DNA of 64,000 nucleotides, taken from Carcharhinus amblyrhynchos (taxonomy: Eukaryota). The stretch spans positions 24,056,001-24,120,000 of the forward strand of contig OZ336885.1 of NCBI GenBank assembly GCA_965287045.1. Direction: 5' to 3'. Shown here one piece after another: positions 50,312 through 61,900 of the stretch. Each line of letters begins with the position of its first letter. Positions within the stretch are counted from its first letter, which is position 1. The translations under genes and the position numbers were made by a program. Under the pieces are notes generated by a model. The model had not been told where the DNA came from, searched no databases, and worked only from the letters and a program-made list of their open reading frames with translations.

Positions 50312-51153
50312 TAAACATGGCTTTCAAACCTTTGAGCCCATGAAGTAACAGTGGGGGCAGCAGTTTCCTGCCCGCCTGCTCCCTCCCTCCCACACAAGAT
50401 TTGCCTGCTCATTGATGCATATGAAATGAGCTGACCAGTGGAAGATCGCACATGATCAGCTGTCTCACCACCTTTGCCATCTCCAGCAGAAATTACTCCA
50501 CACCCGCCATTGAACTTGGACTCCAGAGTGGAAGATTCCACCCTTTGCCTTTGCTGTACAGTCTGGAATATCCGGCTTTCTAACATCAGGAAGACATTGG
50601 TGCAAGATATATAAAATCTACAAGTCTTCTTGTCATGAAAGGTGCCATCATGTTCTGTTCTGCCTCTGTTGTTAAGTTTCAGATCAAGAAAGTGTAGTCT
50701 TTGGGAAATCCAAATGAAGCCGCTATCCATTTAGTCCCGAAGCTTGTCAAGCCAGAAGATATGCTACTTATATAAGTAAGCCTGAGAATTGCTATTTGTG
50801 ATGTAAGGACACCCGAAGTGGGGAAACTTAGTTGCTGCGTCCAGTGATGTGACTGCAAGCTATATGATTAACTGCAGAATGTTGATGCCATGTGCAGGAT
50901 TCTGCCATACTCTACAAAATGTTTCTGAAATTTCCTGATAGGCAGTCCAATAAACTCAGCAATCACTGATGACTTGAAACCACCTTTCTTCTAAAGGCTA
51001 GACCCATACTCTGTGTCCTGTCCAGCAGCTCCTGGGCTGTTTTTGATGCCACTACCTGCCCCTGTTTACTTGCGTTTAGTGAAATCTGCTGTTCAGATCC
51101 TTCTAGTTCGCTAAGGCAGTCCAATAACATCAACCTGTTGAGCAATTCCTCTA

Positions 51154-51545
51154 TTTTAAAATTCTTATCCTTGTTTCAAATCCTATAATGGCTTTTCTCT
51201 TCCCTATCCCTGTAAGCCTCGCCAACCCCACAAACCTCCACAATATATGCACTCCTCCTGGCCTTTTGGGCATCCCCGATTTGAAATGCTTCACCATTAG
51301 TTGCTGTGCCTTTAGCCGTCAAGGCCTTAGGCTCTGGGATTCCCTCCATAAACTTTAGCACCTCCCTTCTCTTTCCTTCTTTAAGATGATCCGTAACACC
51401 TCCAATGTTGACAAAGGTTTTGGTCATTTGCCTTAATATCCCCTTATGTGGCTCAGTGTCAATTTTTGCTTTATAATGTTTCTTGAAGTGTCTTGAAACA
51501 TTTTATTTACACTGAAGGCATTATATAAATGCAAGCTATTTTTGT
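51154..51545 (+). mobile_element. L2 LINE 3' end
   Basis: ttttaaaattcttatccttg (FKILIL) and tail ggcattatataaatgcaagct; colinear with 5858-6256. Confidence 0.8.
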
Positions 51546-53329
51546 TTCTTCAGTCACTGCATAAAACCTATTATTTGGACCAAGCTTTTAGTCATAGTCC
51601 TCATATCTTCTAATATATCTTGATGTTTGATCAGGCTGTTGTGAAGTATAGGTCGCACCCCATCAGGTTACCACATGAAAATGCCCTTCAAATTCCTTAG
51701 AACTTATAGGAGATATCTTTCTTCCTATTGTAAAGAACAATAAAGATAGAATGCATGGTATCATTAATGATTGTAGTGTCTCATCAATAAATTGTTGAAT
51801 GTGACTTTATTCTAGATTGTTAACAAAAGGCAGAGCCACAGGCAAAATGAAAGATAATTCCATAAGAATCATACTTGATATGCGAGATATGTTGAAGCAT
51901 TTGCAGTACTACACATTGCAACAAAACATTACTATCTAATCCTGGTTGCAAAAGGAGAATATACATCTTAATTTAAGGCAGAATTTTGATTGCTTTAGCC
52001 TTCAATCCTGAACTGACAAGCCCTTTTTCTCCTGAAATGGTATTGATTTAGGACAATTGCCCATGGTATTTCAAAAAATGTTAAATAAATCACTTTTAGT
52101 ACTAAGTAGCCTTTATTCTCAAGGCCTGTAGCAAATTTGCAATTCCCACTTCCTTCCATTTCAGAAATTACAGTTAACGATATTGGCGGACTACCAGTTA
52201 ACACATTCCTCTGTATTATTTTCGCTCAGATCTTAACTTATTTGTTTTAAATGAATGGATGCCTGTATTTAGATATTGGAAAAAGGGATCGTTTGTGTTT
52301 GTTAATCATGCAAACTGTTATTTGATGGCTTGGGGATTTGAAAGTTAATCTGTATGTGGCTTGTTTATTTTGTTTCCTTTATTAATGTAATCCTTTGCGT
52401 TTTAGGGTTGAAATTGATCAATGCCAGGTAGACTGATTGTGATTCTACTGCCCATCTTATACCTCACCCAGTTTTCATTCGCTGTTGACTTCAGTGGAAA
52501 TGAAAATCTGACATTGACCAATTACATGTTTCTTCTGTCTGAGTATGTTTTTGGAAAATGTTTCACACTGTCCATCATTGTTTTTAACCATATACTGGTG
52601 GGTTTGTTCCAAGATTGATAAGTGGAATTTCTCTTGGTGCTGGCTGGCTTCACGTTATCTCAGATAAGTGGAAATGGATTCGCGAACCTCATTGACACAT
52701 TTGGGGCAAGCGACAGAGCTGCTTGCCCATCCACTCGAGGGAGATCGTCAAGTTGCTGTTAATTATGTCACCAAGCCTCCCCTGGTCTAAGAAACCTGAA
52801 GGTGACAATGCGAATTGGGCTGCCTTATGAAGTCTGTGGCCAGGGGCATCAAATGGCACAAGATACGCTGGGGATTGTTTTCCAAATGGCATCATTGAAA
52901 AATTAGCACCTTTTGTGTACATTCCAAATCACCATGACCAAAGATAAAATTCAGACACTGATATTGTTAAAAACCTTTTGTAATTTATATAGAGAACATT
53001 TCATATCGATTAAATTTTCGTAATCTAATATATTAAAAACAAAGCTTTTGCAATATAAATGTTTTGTAATTATCTGAACACAGAGACAACTCTTCATGGG
53101 ACTCCTTAAAATTAGTTATTCACGCACCACAGCTGTTTTAGAATGTTCCATTTTCCTACTCTGAACTACTTTTCTTCCCAAACTTTTCATGATGTCAAAG
53201 CACAAATTTTCGCTTAGGTTTTCCACTTGAATTCTAACCGTCCGATCAGAACTCCTCCTGGATCTGGATAAATCAATTACAAATTATTAACTCCTCCCAC
53301 ACACAAATGATCCTAATAAGAATCATTGA

Positions 53330-53498
53330 AGAATCATAGAATCCCTACAGTGCTGAAAGAGGCATCTTTCTGCACTGTGGGACTTCCCTCCACCCAGGCC
53401 CTATCCCCGTAACCCTACATAGTTACCCTGCTAATCCCCCTGACACTAAGGGGCAATTTAGCATGGCCAATCCACCTAATGCGCGTGTCTTTGGAATG
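53330..53498 (-). mobile_element. HE1 V-SINE 3' fragment, tail A
   Basis: atcatagaatccctacagtg...ctgacactaaggggcaatttagcatggccaatccaccta. Confidence 0.85.
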
Positions 53499-54301
53499 AG
53501 GCAAAAATTTGGCAGAGTTTTCAACTGAGGTGTGAACCATGCAAATTGGATCCAGCTACCACTAATGCACCCAATCCAAATTTTATTTAAAGGGATTTTA
53601 AAACATGTCTTATGCCCCCTGCCAAAGTTGAAAGTCCCAGCCTATGAGCATTGCAGATATGGATGAAATCATCAGGGCGTATCATGGTGTCAGTGAAATA
53701 AGAGATCATAATGTTCTTGCTTGCACTCAAACACCATGAGAAAATGTCTCAAAAACAATGGGCCAAATGATCACATTACTGAAGACTGATCCTTAATATT
53801 AGTGTCGTCTTGTAAGTTGCTTTAATGTGGTTAGTGCAGATCAGGACCTCTGGTCTCAGGAAGTCCTGACAAAGGTTGGTTTTTAAACAGAAGGCGCTTA
53901 CTAGACCTGATCTATTGAAGCCCTGGGTCTGGCCTGTCAGTCATATCTAGCCCCTGAACTAGGCCTCAAGCTGAAGATAGTCAACAAAAGTTGGGATAGG
54001 TGTCAAGACCTATCCCTTAAAGGCTGGGCAACTCACTTCTATTTGTATTAAGATTTCATATTCTCTGGTTCTTCAAGTCAAGAAAGGGCTATTCTGTCAT
54101 TTGTGAATAAATTCTAAATCAGGACAGTAAGATCAATTATTATCAACAACTTGATGACTTCCCTTGAGTAGATGGGCAAACAGCTTTGTCATTCCCCCAG
54201 ATGTGTTGATGAGGCCTGACAATCCACTCCCAATTATCTATAGGTCCTTTAGTGTGGATATGTGCTGCTCATGAAAACGGCCCCAAATAAACCTCTACTT
54301 A

Positions 54302-54442
54302 AGATAAATGCAAAATACCGCGGATGCTGCAATCTGAAACAAAAACAGAAAAGTGCTGGAAAATCTCAACAGTTCCAACAGCATCTGTGGAGAGAGAGTA
54401 GAGCCAACGTTTCGAGTCTAGGTGACTTTTCATCAGAGCTGA
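54302..54442 (-). mobile_element. Penelope terminal fragment
   Basis: aaaagtgctggaaaatctc..cagcatctgtggagagaga..agagccaacgtttcgagtc. Confidence 0.75.
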
Positions 54443-54728
54443 TCCTTGTTTGAGGCAACAGATACAGGCATAATTCTGTTTGTGTTCTTGTCAAGCAACT
54501 GTGATCTGGCATTATTAGAATGTACTGGAAATACACAGCATGCCCATCAACAGCTATGAAGAGAAAAGATAGGTCAACATTTCAATCAAGCTCAGGTGAG
54601 AAGTCCACATCCAAGTTATTCCGTCTTTTCACGTGCTGACAAACTTAATTGCTTCCAAACTTTTTTTTATTCTTTTCTTTGAAATTTTCAACTTTATTTT
54701 CATTTCTGCAATGATTTATCACACTCAA

Positions 54729-54920
54729 GGGCAGGGTTTTCCACGCAATCTGCTGCGCTTTTGGAGACAGTCCGCCATTGGCCAGCTCTCCTAATTCCAC
54801 CATTGTCAACAGAGTTTCCTGTTGAATGCACCTCTCGCCACCAGGAAACCTGAGGCAGAGGTGCCCTACGAGCGGACCTGGAAGATCCTACCCGCAGGAA
54901 TGGCAAGTAAGTTTCTGCCC
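54729..54920. mobile_element. MITE, ~210-bp family
   Basis: gggcagggttttcc / gtttctgccc; central tcaacagagtttcctgttga. Confidence 0.65.
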
Positions 54921-57900
54921 GAGTTTCTCAACGTGGATTGTGTTATGAAGATTGCAACATCCCTCCAGAGTGAAGATTGGGTAAAATTATAATTGTACTT
55001 TTCATTCTCAGACCACAATGTGTTTTGACAAGAGCATGAAAATAAATTGTCCCATTTTGAGACTCAGTACCATGGCAGTGGCAGAACTATGGAGAGTTTC
55101 CCGTTATGGAGGCCAGAAGGAAAAATAGGTCAAAACCTCCAACATCGACCTCATTAATTACGCACCAGGTGTTTTACGCCATATTCAGCGGTGGGGCAGG
55201 CCTGGATGATGCGTAGTCTGCTGTCATGTCTGGGTGCCATATTGAAAAGACGTCCAACATCACCGACCCACTATTGAACAAAATGGACCACCTGAAAATA
55301 AAGATAGATCTCCAGGAGCACTCTGAGACCAAAAGGTGAACCTCCTGAGAATGAAGGTGTATCTCCGGAACGTTCTGAGGCTGGAAGATGGAACCCCTCC
55401 AGCACATCTGTTGGTGCTACCCCAACCACTGCTGTAGTGTTCCAGGGTCCTGGGTTGTGGGCAGCCTCTAATCTGAGCTTTGGAAGCAGCACCAGGCATT
55501 ATACAGATGAGTCCCAGCATCCACATGCCACATTATTCCAAGTGTATTTCATGTTTCTGTGTTTTCCCGTTGGCATCACAGAGAGTCTGGCATGGAGGAT
55601 TAGGTCTTCACCTGCATTCCATTAACGCAATGCAAATGAGGTTCACGTTGACCTCTGGCATGTTTTCTACCCACCGTGGCAGACACCAGCCAAAGATCCC
55701 ACCACAAATTCATGCTAGCGTAAAACCAAATTCTGGGCCTCCCTCCATATTCTCCCACTGTGCCCACCATCAAACACACCGATGGGGGTTTGAGAGAATT
55801 CCGCCTTTTAAATAACAAAGTGCCTTGACAGGACTGTGAAAATAAAATGTCAGGTATCAGTGAACCTTTAGAAGACTCCTAAACATTAAAGCATTATAGC
55901 CAAAACAGAATGCTTGTTCAAGAAATAGGTTTTGAAAATCATAGTTTAAGGTAAAACCAGATACGTTTTAGTTCCACATCCGTACCTTATCATAGTTGAA
56001 ACAGCTTTACTTGTTCAAAATTTTAACTTGCATGTTTTTTTAATTTACTTCAGTGATTAGTATAATTGTTAGTTATGGTCTTAGGCGTATAAAGCACTAT
56101 TAAAAAATATATAGCTCTATCCTGAAAGTGCATTAGAACACAGCACTTTAGAGAAGGAACTGGCTTCAGTACAGTTGTGATGAATAATTCATGTTGTATT
56201 TTGAGTGCCTTCTGCTAAAATGGATAAAAGTGGTAGCTGCGTTTAAGAATTTGAATAAATTAGAGATCTGAGAAAGGAACAGTATAAAAATAAGACTTAG
56301 AAATCAAATGCTGGTCGAACGAAAAGGGCTATCATTGTGGAACCAGAGTGATACTAAAAACTTGAAAAGTACCATTGCACATAAAATACAGCATAGAGAG
56401 TAAAAGTACTGCACAAACATCACAGAGGAGGAAACTGTTGGAATACTAGCTCAGCATAGCACCTCTGCATAAAGTACTTTCACATCACAGTACAAGGCAG
56501 AGTGTGATTTGCATACAGATGCCAAAATCTCTGGCTCGGTTAAAGTTGAGAGTTGCATGTGTGGCCACCTAAATCCCCTGTAGTACATGAGCGTGCTGAC
56601 TCAGGGTGTCCAGGTGGCTGGACAATGACCATTCATTTGGAGGCATTATTTTCCCTGGGGTTCCCCCTTGCTTGTAGTTGGTAATCCTAAAACCCAAGAT
56701 GAACACATGGCGAGGCATTATGTTTTGGTCTGCGCTGATTGCTCTAGATTTTTATCGCGGGGAGGGGAGGGTGGAGAGAATGGGTGGAAGGCGGTGGTTA
56801 GTAGGAAGGAGACGTTGTTGGAATAATTGTCATTGGCTCGCAGGCTGACAGTCTTAATTCACTTTCTTCCATGACTGAAATTTAAAAGAATGCAATTTTT
56901 TTTTCTCTCTGAAGTGTGCCACCATTACTTTAGGACATCTGCTAAGCTGATTTATGGGGCTTAACTGCAAGACTATCAAACAGATTACGTGTCACTACAA
57001 CTAATACAGCAGCAATTTCATTCTTTTATATGGGAGCTGGCAGCAAAAAGTTTGGTTCTTTCTAAGCACTGTGGTAATTTTCTAAAAGTACAGTGCATTT
57101 ACTCTTGCAGAACAGTAATTCATTTGCCCTTGCAGTGCTTGCTTCTTTTAGAAAAATCAAACATTCATTAAAAAGATAGACAAGCTATTCAAAGAAATAC
57201 TTCCACTACAGTTAATTCAAAAATTGGCTTGGGAGAAGATTCAATGGGTATGCATCATTAAAAACTATCTCTTTTATAAATAACAATTGGATAAAATATT
57301 TGCTTCATTTTTAAATCATATGGATATGACGGCTATTCAAGTTTATTCAGCCTACTTGTCACATACATACAGCAAGTGACAGTTTCTGCCCACGGTGAGC
57401 CATGTTAAACCCATACTGTGCTTTATTCCTAAAGTGCTGATTTGAGTAGTACCCTTGACCAACTAAATTTTCTTAGTCTCTTCTGATTTATCATTGGGCA
57501 CAATCGGTAAATTGTGCTCAATTCATTTGTTTTTGTATTAATTGCTCCCTTTCACTGGCTGTCCTTAAATCCACAGTCTGGATCATTTTGCTATTCTATA
57601 GTGACAGCTGGTAATGGAAGCCTAGGCTTCTGTAGAAAGCCTATTAAGTATGCCGCTCACTCAGTGGCCTGTGGTCCGGGATAGAGAGCTCCTCCCATAA
57701 GTGTGGCAGGCTTTTGTCATTGTAATTGGGCACTGTTTGTAGAGTGCTGTCTGTATTTACTCTTTGCCAAGGCTCATATTTACACAGCCTGTTAGGGGGC
57801 TTGATGTCTCCCTGCCATGCCACAAATGCATGCAAATGCTGCTACAATGCCTTTCGGCACTTCTGCTTTCTTGTAGATCTGCTAAGTTACTCTGTCAAAG

Positions 57901-58649
57901 GGTACAGTATGTGTGCAGTAGGGGTAAAAGGCCTGGAGGGGTTGGGGAAGTTAAGAGGTTAATGACCCTTAGACTTTGGGAATAATATTAGAGGTGCCGG
58001 GCGTTATGGGATTTAAAAAAAAAGCTATCCAGATACATTAGCTGGCCATACCTCTTTCACTGAGCTCATTCATTCAGGAAGCAGAAAGCACAGAGCTAGC
58101 AAATTTAATAAGCGCTGCATCCATTACACATTTAGCTTCTGCCATAGCAACAGAGTCAGGGCCATTCAATCTCCTATGCTCAGCCATCATTATCTCCTGA
58201 GCCATCTGTTGTAGAGGAGTACAATTCCATCTTATTTAAATGAAGTGAAGCTAGCATCTATTTAGCAGGACATATGTCACAGAAAGCATGCAACTAGAAA
58301 TGTAGCTGCATAGACTTGGCTTGTCCTTTCTCTCAAAATGTTTGCGTGCTATTGTATTTCACCTGACAGTCCGAGAAGAAATTTCAGGAGTAACTCTATT
58401 ATAGTAAGGTGTTCATATACTGACGTAAAGTGGAATGTAAAATGAGTGTGTGGTGACTTTGCATTTAACTGTGGTGTGTGTCAAGTCCTGGGGAGTTGTC
58501 GTGTGAGCCCTTTGTAAACCTAAAAATCAACAAACAGCAAAATAGGAGAAGGGAAGTTTTTTTTAACGCCGATGGTGAGGCTGAATGTAGTTTTTGTATT
58601 GTATTCTTCTTGAATGACAATTGTGTTGTGTACACAGCATTGCTGCAAC

Positions 58650-58922
58650 ATGATTGGCTCCTGTGTGTTGCATTGAATTTTAATTATGTGCAAAATTGGT
58701 TGTGATTGGTGCAGCTGTCAGGCTGCGCTGCCCCTTCAACTGATAAGTTGCATGCACTTGGCAGTAACTTTCCAGGAATGATACTCACTTCTGTACTGTT
58801 CTTCCAGATATACAGAGACTAGCAAGAATGAAGCTGTGTGGAACATTTCTTGGTTTGTACAAAACATAACTTACTTACTTTTCTTACAGCTGTTTCTCTT
58901 ATAACACAGCTGATAATTCAAG
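58650..58922 (+). promoter_or_regulatory. Candidate Pol II promoter and short first exon of an unidentified host gene
   Basis: ATTGG at 58653, 58695 and 58705; CAGCTGTCA 58712; TGATAAG 58741; TTCCAGGAA 58770; Inr-like CTCACTT ~58784-58790; donor CAAG|GTATTG at 58922/58923; TE-free context. Confidence 0.4.
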
Positions 58923-61900
58923 GTATTGGTCAAACTGTGATGATTAATTGTGCATTTGTTTGCAATTGCTTAAAGAAATAATTATAATTTGTTTTATACG
59001 GTTGTTTGCAAAACAAAATATGTACTTTTGATCTATTTCTTACATTAATTTATAGTCGCTTAATGATACATTCCAAATTCTTTTTGTTTGCACTTAAGAG
59101 TAGTTTGAAGTATATTAATTTACATTGGAGTGTTAGATTCTGTAACCTTGTGCTGTGGGGATCTGCAAAAATTTACTTTAAACTTTAGTTTTCTTAAAAT
59201 TAATCCATGTGTTGAAATAGAAAAGGATAAATATTGTTCTCGGACTTTGGACAAAGAAGTTTTGTTTCTTCAGTGATGCTGATATGCCCCTGACAAGGAT
59301 CATTAAGACAATGTTAGCCTGAAGGCTTATTAAAAGTTTCTGTATGCTGCTTCCATCTGCCAGGGTCTGCCACAGGCAGGTTTCACTCCAAATGCTCAGC
59401 TGTTACGTATACAATATTAATGCTGACCAGTTGCATCCAGCATACAACAGGACTGATTGTAGTCTGGTGAATTAGGGTTGCCCATCTGCATAGGTTCAAA
59501 ATCTGTTGTGAGACCAACATGAAAAATGAGTTGAGTCCCAGCTGGTAATTGAAGAGTTACCTTGATTGACTATGCAAAAAGTTTAACTCAGAACTTGCTC
59601 AAAGTAAAAGTTCTATTTAGCAGTTATAGAACTGAAACTACTTCAGTTTATTTTAGCTGTAAGCAGATTAATCTCCATGTCAGTTTCTTTTAATTTTAAT
59701 ATTATGTATAAAATAATGTTTTTTCTATATGTATCAACTCTTTCACGATTACTATTACAATAGTGTGTGTAAAATATTCCATTCTAGCTACTTTACTGTG
59801 AAAACATTGAGGGAAACCCAAAAAGTAGCAGATTACTAAGAGTGGTTCAGAAGAGCACAATCTACTTTTGAACTATTAATTTAAAAGTATAGCCTAAAAA
59901 TTACTACGGATAAAGCTACCATATGAATGCTTAAAATACGTAAATTAATTGCTTTCTCTTTCTAATAGAAGTATTAATCCATTTATTGTAAATATTATTT
60001 AAAAGTATTGTGATAATCGTACAATAACTAGTGAAAACTCATGTAACTTGAGTTTTTGAAAAGTTTGCGCAGCAGCTTTTCAACAAGTCTTCATAAAGTA
60101 CTTTCACTTGTATTTTCACGATCACCCTTCAATAATTGATGGATAGCAATATTCATACTTTCTTTTTTGGCAATATTTCTGAAATTGAAGTCATGTGTAC
60201 GGTAGCAAATTGAGGCTGGTGCAGGAAGTAAAAATCCCTGGAGCTGACTAAAGTGCTGAACTATGTTTTTGGCTTGTGCCGATCATACGGACAGAAAGGA
60301 GCTGTCCAAGGTGTCTGTCTGGCAGGCATTCTCTTAATAGGGATTCTTGTTTAAAAAACCGGTCTGGTTCAGTTGATACAATTAAAAGGCTTGCCGATTT
60401 TGTTGTAATTATTTTCATTTAAATTCATGGCTCATTTCAGACTCCTTCCTAAATGTGATATTGTGTGGAAATATGTGTACTTTGTCTCTCTCTGTGCTTT
60501 TATCGCAAACCGTGGTTTGTGTAATTGCACAGTCGGCAGTATTAATGTGAGTTAAAAGTATATTGTCGGAAACCAAAGTTTTCTTGCATCTAGAGATGTC
60601 CTTTGGTTGAAGCTTGTCTCTGTGCTTAGTGCTTTGTGGTCTCTGCTAGTTGTTTGTTTCTTTGTTATTCTTTTTTAAAATGGCATGATACAGCTGATCC
60701 ACACCAGACACTGCTGATTGATTTCAGCCATAATGCATAACAAAAGAAGTGCAATGTATAATACTGCCTGGTGCTTTGAGATAAGAATTTAATAGAATTT
60801 TGGCAAGAGGAGATTGGCTTGTAGAAGCTTACTATATGCACAACCTGGTAAAGTGAGATAGAAAATGACATTTGAATGCAAATCTCAAATGATCTTAATG
60901 AATGGCTGCTGTCCTTTGCCTCTAATAAGGTTTGAAGCCAACAAAGGAAGTAGCTTTGATAACCTAGGGCATCTGTCATATCCTGGGCCGCTTACAGTGT
61001 TTCTAATAGGAATCCTAGGACTCTACCACAAGTATGGTTAGAGGGGGGAGGTTGACAGTTGTGACATTAACAAGCTTTAGTTCGAAGCATAAATTAAAGT
61101 AAGTAATCTTACCCATTAAATTTTAATCAGACTGGGTGCGTTAACCGGCGATGTGTGGTGTTCCTTTTTAGCACAGTGGGCACAGGAATATTTGAAACTC
61201 TAGCTCCGAGATGTTTAAATTTCAAGGACCACCTATTAGATAGTATACAGTAAATTCATTTCTCCTCATAGAGTAAACAGATATATTGCAACCCCAAGGG
61301 TTTATGGGTAGTGTATTTACACAGAAAATGCATCAAGCCTTCTCTGCCATCTAACTAATGAGACTGGTCATTAAGTAAATGACACACAGCCTTTAGCAGG
61401 CTTATACGACACACTGGAGTATCAAATATTTAATTCAACCACCACATGCCTCATACTCCGTTGTGGACTGCCGTGGCCCAGCCCCTGCTGTAGATTTCAT
61501 TATTGCTTTCCGTGATGTCATTTCACCGAGGTGGACAATAGCTGTGGGGAAAAGGTAAGTCAATATTAATGTTCTCCTCCTGACAAAGGAAGACAAAGCT
61601 TGTGTTCTTGCCCTCTGTTGAAGTCTGATAAATATAACTGAAACTGCTTGTCCTGCCTTGTTGGGAAAAACTATTTGTTTAACTGGGACAGCTTGGAGAG
61701 AGCTTAATTTACAGCTACATCCAGTATGTTGTTGGATCTCTTCTGTTCTCTAAGCTTTGTACGAACACAGCTGATCTGTTTGTCAATAGAAGCCACTTCA
61801 GGTTGAATTTACATCACTTTAGCTGTATCTCGTGAACCTCCTTTTCCTCATCTGCTTCCTTTATCATCATCTTCCATATGGTCATTTTAATTTTGGAAAC

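Larger units (their letters stand above)
47570..50543 (-). mobile_element. Harbinger element right part: Myb/SANT-like gene relic plus terminal repeat
   Basis: APQFNEA..ESLLRAIQER.LVL...W.DI..EIN....RKAKQC..VNDL (49745-49940); exon KAGGGIPEIRFLIPSEELVAEIAEE (~49325-49405); TIR ggaagattccaccc at 50530-50543. Confidence 0.75.
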
